A program made the translations under genes and the position numbers. Below are positions 53,913 to 64,000 of a stretch of 64,000 nucleotides of DNA, piece after piece. The notes beneath the pieces were generated by a model. That model saw only the letters and a program-made list of their open reading frames with translations, was not told the origin of the DNA and made no database searches. The stretch covers positions 27,528,001-27,592,000 of the forward strand of contig CM075980.1 of the NCBI GenBank assembly GCA_038087875.1, in the 5' to 3' direction. Each line of letters opens with the position of its first letter. Position 1 is the first letter of the stretch. Origin of the DNA: Malacoraja senta. Taxonomy: Eukaryota.

Positions 53913-55414
53913 TCCTCCAACGCTGCCGGGAGAGGTTCTGCAGAATTCCAGAGGGTGGGTTTGTGAAGTGAGATAAAAATAAGATTGAATTAATGTTCAT
54001 AAAAGAGCGATGCCTGTCCGCTATTTTGACAGAATTCTAGATTAATTCATTGGTAGAATACTTAACAATTTATACACAGTTTATACAGCCAGCGCATTGT
54101 TCGCTTTTTCTTTACCACGAATGACCTTTGACAAATCCCATGATTCTTTGCGTTTTTCGGAATTCCGAACTTCCTTATTGTGTGACAAGAAATAGCAAGA
54201 GAATGAGTACATGCCTAGAAATTGGACTGCATCTATTGTGGAGGCCCGAAAATTGCTTTTGTGACCTCAGCAACCACCTCCCCTCACACAAATTTCAGTG
54301 TGCAATGTTGTTGTAGTGGTCTACATCCAGAAACAAGAGTTGAAATTATATGATTCTGGATGGGGCTTCATTCAATATATAGAGCGTCCAATATTTCACT
54401 ATGCAGCAATCATTGAAGATAGGCAGACCTTGAGAGCACACACCTCACCACAACCACAGATATTTATGGCTGCCAAGGAGAACAGGGAGGCTGCAAGAAA
54501 GGGAGAAACAATGCACATTCACTCAAGGTGATATGCAAGTACAAGAGATGTATCCCAGGGGAAGGAATGCCAGCAGGACCAGGAGATCTGCCAAGGTCAC
54601 CTGGCAGGCACTAATTCTTGCAATCTTCCCCAGCAGTGGGAATCATCACGATGGAAAATCATGTCCTCACAAGATATATGTTCTCCACACATTCTTTACA
54701 CTTGCAGTGTGGAGAGCATCTTACTGGAAACGTAGTTTATACATTGATCCCAGTTCTTTACGCAAGGTGCCAATCATAAATCAGCACAAAGATGCAGCAA
54801 TTTAAGTCATGGAACAGGGACTCAATGACTCATGTGTTACATTCAAAATAGGTGCAGAAGTTAGTCTCATTTGGACTCACCACCTGATTATCGATATACT
54901 ATTTTGGTGGCAATAACTGGCTTGCATTGGGTTGTATGATTTTGTAAGCTCTTTCGGAGAATCTTCCCATTTTTACACCTTTGTTGCTTGTGCTGGCAAT
55001 CTTTCCTTCGATTTGGCTGAGAGATGAAATTGTGGATACTTTCCAGGGCCATCAGTCTAGTAGGCTGTTTCCTTTGGTCTTCTTGCTCCTATGGGCCAGT
55101 TCCAGTGCTCCTTGCTGCTCTTCCTCTGGCACTGTCCACTGTCCACAATTTTCAAGATTGAGTGGCATGATGCACACAACAATGAAGTCTCTGTAGTTGT
55201 CCTCAAAGTACTGCAGGGCGTCCCCAGAACGATGTAGACACCACAATCCTATCTCAAGGAGATCAAGTAGACTATATTGGTACGTATGAGTCTCATTGTA
55301 TCTGAACTCAACTGTTGTAGTTGAAAAACATGCTGGTGTGGGTAGTACCAGATGTAGAAGGTAGTCTTGTACCCAAGGTCCATGCTGCCCATAATGCTGG
55401 GTGCTGAAAATCTT

Positions 55415-55710
55415 TAGCTTAGTTTATTTTAGCTTACAGATATAGCGAGGAAAGAGGCGCTTTGGCCCACCGAGTCAGCACCGACTATTGATTACCCTGT
55501 ACACTAGCACTATCCTACATACCAGGGAGTTTACAATTCTTACTGAAGCCAATTAACCTACAAACCCGGAAGTGTGGGTGGAAACTGGAGTACCCAGAGG
55601 AAACCCACGCGGTCACAGGGAGAATGTACAAACTCCGTACAGACAGCACCCATAGTTAGGATCGGATCTAGCGTTGTAAGGCAGTAACTCTACCACTGCG
55701 CCGCCCATCT
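55415..55710 (-). mobile_element. V-domain SINE (HE1-like), near full length
   Basis: Minus strand starts ggcgcagtggtagagttactgccttac (tRNA A box), followed by the V domain and a (taaac/taagc) tail. Confidence 0.8.
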
Positions 55711-56178
55711 GGTAGTCTGGTTTCCTTAAAGATAAAGGAGTAATGAGTTTTTAATGGAAACTCTACCTTCACAGTGAGGAAATTCTTCATGTGATCCACC
55801 ACAAGCAGCTCCATTAAACTATAATGAAAACCTCCAGGTTCATAATAAGAGTCTTTATGGCTGTACACATCAACAATGAGTCTTTATGGCTGTACACATT
55901 AACAATTTACTTTAATGCAGCCTTTGGCCATCTTAGAAAAATGAGGTTTGAAAATGCAAACCCTAAAGCAAACATAAACCCTCAGTCTATCGGACAGCGA
56001 CAATCCCTACCTTCCTGACACCTGGACCACTTAAAGCAAGCAACTCAAAACACAAGAGACAAATCAATGCTGGCTCTCCGAATTTGCAAGCAGGATAAGT
56101 GGATCAATTTCAGTGTCCTTTTCTAAGCAAATCTCAGGATTGAAGTCCAGGTTAAATTCAGTCAACAGTTCTGATCTA

Positions 56179-56642
56179 TGAATGAATGCTTTATTGTCAC
56201 ATGTGACAAGTCACAGTGAAATTCTTTGCTTACGTACCCACAGTAGTCGCCATATAAGGACACTGACAAAGTTACAAGATAAACCCAGTCCCCCCACGCC
56301 AGATCCTCCGATGTTCCTTCCCTCAGCAGCGGTGTCCTCACTCAACTTGGTAAGTCTCGTCCGTCTGTCGGCGCCATCATCCCGGCATCTTTCCACTAAT
56401 GCTGACGGGTCCTCTCTGGATGCTCCGTGGTGCTGACCCATGCCCCAGCCACATGGCTCTGTTGATTCGCGGCGTCCGACCTTTGCCGCGGGCTCCACTG
56501 ACCCAGGCTCCGTTGGTCGTGGACTCTGAACTCGCCGATCGTGGAGTCTTCTGCCTCGCCGCCCCTGATCCGCGGTGGCTCCGTCCTTGGCTACTCCGCG
56601 GCTCAACGGGAGGTGGCTGCCGCAGCAGCTCGCAGGGAGGCA
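56179..56642 (-). mobile_element. GC-rich non-coding retroposon with Rex1-like 3' tail
   Basis: Minus tail gaatttcactgtgacttgtcacatgtgacaataaagc(attc)n. Possible TSD TGATCTA at 56172-56178 and 56643-56649. Confidence 0.6.
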
Positions 56643-56680
56643 TGATCTACACCAAGCTCCTGAAACAGACAATCTATTTG

Positions 56681-57588
56681 TATAGAGTTATAGAGTGATA
56701 CAGTGTGGAAACAGGCCCTTCAGCCCAACTTGCCCACACTGGCCAAAAATATCCCAGCTACACTAGTCCCACTTGCCTGTGCTTGGTCCATATCCCTCCA
56801 AACCTGTCCTATCCATGTACCTGTCTCTTAAACAATGGGAAAGTTCCAGCCTCAACTACCTCCTCTGGCAGCTTGTTCCATACACCCACCACTCTTTGTG
56901 TGAAAAAGTTACCCCTCGGATTCCTATTAAATCTTTTCCCCTTCACCTTGAACCTATGCCCTCTGGTCCTCGATTCCCCTACTCTGGGCAAAAGACTCTG
57001 TCCGTCTACACAAACTATTCCTCTCATGATTTTGTACACCTTTATAAGATTCCCCCTCATCCTCCTGTGCTTCATGGAATAGAGACCCAGCCTACTCAAC
57101 CTCTCCCTATAGCTCACACCCTCTAGTCCTGGCAACATCATCGTAAATCTTTTCTGAACCCTTTCAAGCTTGACAATATCTTTCCTATAACATGGTACCC
57201 AGAACTGAACACAGTATTCTAAATGCGGTCTCACCAATGTTTTATACAACTGCAACATGACCTCCCAACTTTTATACTCAATACTCTGACGGATGAAGGA
57301 CAAAATGCCAAAAGCCTTTTTGACCAATTTATCTACCTGCGACTCGACCTTCAAGGAACCATGCACCTGCACTCTTAGATCCCTCTGATCTACACTACCC
57401 AGAGGCCTACCATTTACTGTGTAGGTCCTGCCTTGGTTCAGCACGCCAAAAGGCACCACCTCACACTTCTCTGTATTAAATTCCAACAACCATTTCGCTG
57501 CCCACCTGGCCAATCGATCCAGATCCTGCTGCAATCTTTCACAACCATCTTCACTATCTGCAAAATCACTAACTTTTGTATCATCAGC
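56681..57588 (-). mobile_element. 5'-truncated CR1 LINE (HER1-like), relatively young
   Basis: ADDTK, QQDLDRLARWA..WLLEFNTEKCEV, LYKTLVRPHLEYCVQFW, RNFFTQRVV-like motifs (ORF 56809-57534). 3' UTR with a ctctata repeat tail. Confidence 0.92.
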
Positions 57589-58119
57589 TCTGTTACAGGA
57601 TGAGATTACCAGACAAAGAGAGGAAAAGACTCAGGCCACCTTCTTTCCCTCAAGGAAAAGGAAATAGATGAAGTAGTTTCATTAGATAACCTCTCTGATA
57701 TAACAGTATTGGTATTTTATAGCCATATGTACCAAGGTACAATAAAACATTTTGCCAGTAAGCAGCAAATTGGAAGATGTGGTAGAGATCCAAGGCAACC
57801 ACTTATTAAGATCTGTGATCTTGAGCTCCACGAACAACACATGCCAGGTGTGAGTGCATAGCCAATGTGTTCTTGCAGAATATCTCATTTCATTGATGAC
57901 AGCCTTGGAAAAGCTGACCTGCTAATGTATTGTTGCCCAGAGGGCTGGTACGATGTGGTTCCACTGAGAATTCTGTGGGAGCGAATATTCATTGATTACT
58001 CTGAACCTCCATAAACAGCCAGTCATGACCATAGTCTCAAAAGGAGCACTGCTAGGAGTGTCATTGCTATGAGCATCTCAGGAAATAAATGCTGAAGAAA
58101 ACCATCCCTGTCATCAAGG

Positions 58120-58252
58120 AAATGAGGAACTGCAGACGCTCATTTACAAAACAAAGACACAAAGTGCTCCAGGCAGCATCAGCGGGTCAGGCAATATCTC
58201 TGGAGAACATGGACAGGTAATGTTTCAGGTCAGGACCCTTCTTCTGACTGGT
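58120..58252 (-). mobile_element. Penelope-like pLTR fragment
   Basis: Reverse complement reads agtcagaagaagggtcctgacctgaaacatta... Confidence 0.65.
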
Positions 58253-59954
58253 CATCGAGGTGTACTCCCAGCTCCGGTGTCCAAACTGTCTTCCATCAGT
58301 TTTGAAATTGCCGAGTCAGGCTTTGGGATGTCAGCCAAATAGCAATAAAACATTTCAACGTATTATTTCTGGTCGATTCAGATGTTGCAATATGATTGTA
58401 GCGTCAAACTTTGGATTCCAAATCACATCGACAAGACGTGTGACATCATCAGTGAGCGTCTGATACCAGTAGTAGTCAGGAGCACGGACCGAACAGCATA
58501 TAAAAGTATGTCCCAGTTTCACGATTGGCCTGATTTCATCTAGAAATGAATGGCCGTGTGATCCAGGGCAAAGGGAATAATGTTTAGTGTAAGATAGAGT
58601 CCAATATAGTAAATCCATATTCATCCCAGATACACATAAAGGAAGAAAATACTTTTCAGTTCTCTCTTCCAACACATGTTTCAAATTGATTTTTTGTTCC
58701 ATAAAATGAAGAGGAACTTAGCTTTTGAAATACTTTCTGGGTGGCTCATAGTTCCCTATTAGGTAAATTCAAGGTTGCTGTTCCTGTTAAACTGTGTTTT
58801 GCCTTTCCAGAAGTCTCATCAAATTCATTTCTAAAGTTGCACTGATATAAAGAATGATTAATGATTTTTAAAAGGAAGTAATTAAGTGAGCTTTTTCAAA
58901 TGTGAAGGAGTAGCTTGAATAAATATTAATCTTTAAATTTAAGCAAATACATTATTTTTTGCCTCTGAATCTATTTTGGGTTTATTTTACATTCCATACC
59001 TGCATCATAGTTTTCTCTTACATGTTCCTTTTGCTAAATTTTATGTTCCCCGCTCAATGATCTTGGCCTGAATTCTGCCAGGAATTATCAGCATGACTGC
59101 ATGGAACTAATGGTACTGCTTAACATGATGTCAGTAAGCTTGCTACTGCTGCTGCGCACCTCATGAACTCCACCAGCTACGAAACAGCTTGTTTAGATAC
59201 CTCAACATTTACACTCGTGAATCTGCCAGGTCGGATCTGGTATAGGAGCAGAGCACCACCCAATTGCTTGTATGGGGATTACCAGCATTGCTAAGAAGAA
59301 GCCAAGGTTATAGCGCTACATTTTTTAAATTATTTGTTTTGTTTCATAATGTTAATTATTTGAAAGTCTTACATTTTTTAATTTTTGTCCTTCATTTGAA
59401 AAATAATAACTTTAAAAGATTTTAATTATTTAATTCAAGTAGATGTTAGAAGCTAACTTCAAAGCCACTGAGAAACTTTGACAGGTAGGTGTGACTTTGC
59501 CAGGTGATAGGCTTTCAAAAGAGAAATGCAACAGAGCTTTTTCTGGCCCACCCATATTTTCCCTCTATTTTATTCAAATCTCTGCCAGTGCTCAGGGCAT
59601 TGCAGTTCTGCACACCTGCACCACGGGATTTGGGTTTCTGCATCTGTACAAGTTCATGAGAATGGGGAATGTAAGTGGCTGCCCTAGGCAGCAGTTCCTA
59701 CCAAGGACCATCTGGCCTTTTATGGATTACGTTTAGTTTCTACTTAATATAAATAAATCAAATCTGAAAAATGTACTTGCATTTTTTTAACCAAAATACA
59801 GTATCAAGTTTGTGAAAAGCATCCAGATAATATAATGCAACGCAAATATTTTGGAATTGGGGATCAGGAACTGGCAACAACTATGTGGAAGACAACTACA
59901 TTGAAAATGACAATAGGAAAAACATGGCATGCTGAAATACTGTAAATATCAAAT

Positions 59955-60275
59955 ATTAGAGGGCACAGCTATAAAGTGAGAAAGGGTAAAGTTTAAAGAA
60001 GATATGCGGAGCAAGTATGTTTGCCCAGAGGGAGCTGGGTACCTGGGATGCGCTGCTAGGTGTGGTGGCGGAGGCAGATACGATAGTGGTATTTAAGAGA
60101 CTGGTGGATAGGTACATGAATGTGCAGGGAGTGGAGGGATATGAATTATATGCATGGATATAAGAGTTGGTCTTGACTTCATATTTCGGCACAGACTTGT
60201 GGGCTGAGTTACTCCAGCATTTTGTGTCTATCTTGTGGGCTAAAGAGTCTATATCTATGCGGCACTGTTCTATGT
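59955..60275 (+). mobile_element. CR1 LINE 3' end fragment with a 30-bp PLE sliver at ~60203-60231
   Basis: RGHSYKVRKGKFKEDMR...WDAL...EADTIVVFKRLVDRYM, then 3' UTR. Confidence 0.75.
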
Positions 60276-62256
60276 GAGATGGATAATGTATGCATGACAC
60301 AAACATATACAAAGGGAAGACAAGTTTGCAAACACATGCAAGTTTGACATATTCATTGGATAGATGGGGTCATTCATCATCTATATAACATTTTTAATAA
60401 ATCCTTATTGCAGGAAAAAAATTCTATTTTCATTTGAATTATTTTATAGAATCAGGTACAGGCTAAACTTCAGTTGAATATTGATTTCATGTCAGACATA
60501 TCTCCTGATGTGACAAACCATCAACTCTTCTAATTGTGCAGATCACTCCGCAGGAAAGATCAAATACAGGTTTTTCTAGTGCTGAAGTAAAACAGTATAT
60601 TGTGCCTACTAGTAGTACTTGTGTTTGTTTAAAAATAAAAGAGAACTAAGCAAATGTTTCAATCATAAAAAACCCCATGACATATTTGTCCATTTTATCT
60701 TCAAATTAACTGCAATGGTAGAATGGAAATGCATACTAGTTTGTCTTTGGAGATATCCGCAAATATTCACACTCTCACAGTTTTGTAAACTGGCAAGCCC
60801 ATGTATATTTACATGGGATGGTCTAGTCAAAGCTTGCTTTATGAACCAATTTAATCACTAGAAGATCTTCTCTGGATAAGCACAAACCTACAGGTCGACA
60901 GAATGGCAAATGGAAATTCTGGACCATTGCTATAATCCAATTCAAAATATCAGTGCATATCATATCATGCTGTAAACATATAATTATATAGTCAACAAAT
61001 CCTGTCTGTGCCGCAGATTAGTTTCAGCATTTTCTGTTCTTATTTCAGATATTCAATACCTTCAATTTTTTTTATAACAAATTGACAAGGCACTAGCTTA
61101 GGCCTATCAATTACATTACAATAACTTTAATGTATACTCTTGTTGTTGTCATTGGCACCAATTCTTTTCATTTATTTTAAACAGTTATAGATCCCAAAAG
61201 AGTAGATGGTCATTTTTCTTTTCAAAAACACATTGTTAACAGTTGAATATTCCTGTCAAAATAACAGCATGGGTAATGGCACCAGCTACTCTATTTGCAA
61301 ATGCTACAACTTCAGGCAAGGAACAGATGTGTAGTTAAACAAAAAGAAAACAAAGCTGCTATTTAAGTTCTGTTGCTGCACCATTAGTTTTGTGTAAAAG
61401 GAATCTTGCTGTTTGGCTTATTCCTGAAGGAATTAAGTTCCTCTAAAGGCACAATAGATATAAAATAAGATCACAGTAAATAGTCAAGTTTGGTCCATTC
61501 CAGGCTCAGAACCCTTAATAACAACAGAATCAAGCAATAGCAAGCTCTAGTTATTTTTTGTTTTGGTGCTGAAAATTAACCATGATTTGTATGAAAAGAC
61601 AAATTTATGCTCAATACAATTTAAACGTAATTCTTCCTGGTAAGCATTTTTTCATGCTCTGTTAACTCTATATTTCCCTTACTTTTATTTTCTGTACCTG
61701 ATTCGGCATTGAATTTGCACAAATCATTTGCACCTTTTTTGGTGGTGTGCTATTCATTTTCCAATTTTATAAATCTGACCGTACAGGATATGCAGCCAGT
61801 AACACCTGTACTTTTAGCATCTGCCATCCAAGAATTTAAAAACCTTAACGTGCAAGAATAAATATAACTAATGGCAGATGTCACTGAATGCCCAGCATTA
61901 GCAAGTTATGGCCCATTAGCAAAACATCAAAAATTACTATATTATACTTCTTCACCAGCTTTAGTAGCAAGTTAACTCTAAAACCTTCAAAGGTCAGTTT
62001 TTGTCATTTCTTTGGGAGTTATAAACAAAATAGTGAAGGCAGGCCAAATTCTACATCTCCATCCTCAAAAAAAGACAAATTGCTTAATGTTGCATTTATA
62101 AATCTAGTCTTATGTACACAGTATAGCAAAAAGTCATTTTAATGTTGAAGAGTGAACATTTACTTCTAATTATATGCACTCTATGCAACTGCAGAATGAT
62201 TTTTGAAATAAAATATAGAATAAAACTATACCTACTTTCAAAAGGGTAAATAGTGA

Positions 62257-62327
62257 TTAATCTGCTCCTTCCACATCATCCATAATTTCATCCAGGATTT
62301 CGACCCGTTTCTTCTTATTTGGTAAAT
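62257..62327 (-). CDS. Candidate terminal coding exon of an unidentified host gene
   Basis: Pyrimidine-rich acceptor (ctttattctttctgtgtgttcattcacaatag), phase 1, then LPNKKKRVEILDEIMDDVEGAD-TAA. Repeat-free AT-rich downstream region with AATAAA near 61685. Confidence 0.45.
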
Positions 62328-63794
62328 CTATTGTGAATGAACACACAGAAAGAATAAAGAGAATTTAATAGAAGATATGAATTTGAAGACAATCAATATG
62401 CAATAATTAAATTTGATTAGCCCCCACACCCCCATTTCTTGAATCTCATTTGCTCAGCAGTAATAAATAGGCCATCCATACAATAGGCTGGGAAATTGGA
62501 TTTGGGGAGTAGTAATAGTGGGATGCCTAGAAATAGAACAGTAAGCAGCAAAGCATGAACTGTCTATCATTTACATCATTAACACCAACAATAGACTGGC
62601 ATGCTCCTGCAGATGAGCGACTGATTAAACCAATGGCTATTAATGCTAGGGCACAATGATAGATTTAAATTTTAAGGTGAAGGAAAGAAATGAAAATTAA
62701 ATACATACAACTAGGTTTCTCATTGTTCAAGGGCAGCTTCAGTATGCGGGTCATTTTTGAGAAATTCTTAAGATAAAGGTATTAATTGGTTATGATGCTC
62801 CTATTTTTAAATTGTAAAATTATGCAGGCACTTTTGTAATTAATTACATACAACCATCACAACATCTTATTTGGAATAATATTGTGAAGAATCTTAAAAA
62901 GATTCAGATCATTTATAAATGGCATTTAGTTTCCCCAGTTGTTACACTTCCAATTAGTAAACACAAATTATGAATAAATTAATTTTCCTTTATTTGATAA
63001 TAACTGAATTTCTAAAATAAGTAAATAAGCCACTACCTTAAAAGGTAAAATAATGCACACATATTGCTGTATATATGCACATAAGCAACACTGCACATAT
63101 TGCTGCATGTTGATAATATGATACACAAATCATGTCCAACTTTTTTTTTAACCCAATAAATCATTAAGTTTTTATTAAATGAGACACAAAGTCAATGCTA
63201 ACTAAAATGCAAGAACTGTATAGACATATTATTCTTAATCTTATGTTTCCATTTATGGCTTGTATTCTCTCCTAATTCATTTGATGCAATGGATGCTGTA
63301 AAGCAAAAGGCTTCAGTTTTTAATACAAACCTTCCAGTTCCAGCATTCAAAACCAACTAGCAATACTATTCTTGCAAGCAGTAATTATGTGTGTGTGAAC
63401 AAGATAAAAGCAATTTCCAGCATGTACTGCTGCTAAAGGAACCTTTTCTCAGAAGTGAGGCAGACAGTAGAGCTTGAGAAAGATTTAATCAGAATTTGCT
63501 ACTTTTTTGATACAGAATAAAAAGTTTACTTCTAGAAACAGGCAGGGTTTTGAAGTACAGGTAGGTTTTATTTTAGAGAAAGGATGATCAGATGTGATTT
63601 CCATTTAAAAAGAGGAGGTTTTCTTAATTTATTCAGTTAACAATAACTGTTTAAAGATAGGGAATTACGTAAAGATATATCATTTGGATTAACAATGTGT
63701 TCCTATCTTTAAAAGTCAAATTAAAAGACTTAACAGTCATTGCATGTCACATGCTGGGAATTGTTTTTATCTTGTTCATGCACAAATAATTACT

Positions 63795-64000
63795 AATGGC
63801 TCAGTGGCCAAGTTTGCGGATGATACGAAGATATGTGGAGGGCCAGGTAGTGTTGAGGAAGTAGGGAGACTGCAGAAGGAATTGGACAGGTTGAGAGAGT
63901 GGGTAAAGAGGTGGCAGATGGAATATGGTGTTGCAAAGTGTGTGGTCATGCACTTTAGTACTAGGAATAAAGGCATAGACTACTTTCTAAATACAGAGAG
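63795..64000 (+). mobile_element. CR1 LINE RT fragment continuing past the window end
   Basis: KFADDTKICG...LQKELDRLREWVKRWQMEY..AKCVVMHF. Confidence 0.88.

Noticed and set aside
53114-53971. ORFs up to 189 aa
   Set aside because: They arise from a GC-rich tandem duplication and show no protein motif.
55640-55710. tRNA gene
   Set aside because: It is the tRNA-derived head of a SINE, with a damaged B box and followed by the V domain.
56809-57534. Host reverse-transcriptase gene
   Set aside because: It is a 5'-truncated CR1 copy lacking most of the RT and all of the endonuclease.

Overview
This is repeat-rich, essentially non-coding vertebrate nuclear DNA, not prokaryotic. The mix of V-domain/HE1-type tRNA SINEs, CR1, Rex1/Babar, L1, L2 and Penelope-like elements points to a cartilaginous fish, probably a skate or ray (inference). 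No complete protein-coding gene is visible, and almost every ORF in the track is either a retroelement/transposase fragment or chance. Resolved elements: a young 5'-truncated L1 flanked by an apparently identical 360-bp direct duplication, a hAT-Charlie MITE, a PIF/Harbinger MITE with a duplicated left end, a non-autonomous Helitron carrying a ~48-bp minisatellite, an IR/DR Tc1 inside a Rex1 LINE with an L2 fragment inside it, and about a dozen Penelope-like fragments carrying minimal hammerhead-ribozyme motifs (one with an intact core, most damaged at a CpG). There is one plausible terminal coding exon on the minus strand (62257-62327) and several repeat-free stretches that may be conserved enhancers. 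I see no clearly new biological system. The best leads are the 360-bp duplication, the hammerhead motifs with their CpG decay pattern, and the GC-rich non-coding retroposons with Rex1-like tails. Boundaries of old repeats are approximate and were read by eye.
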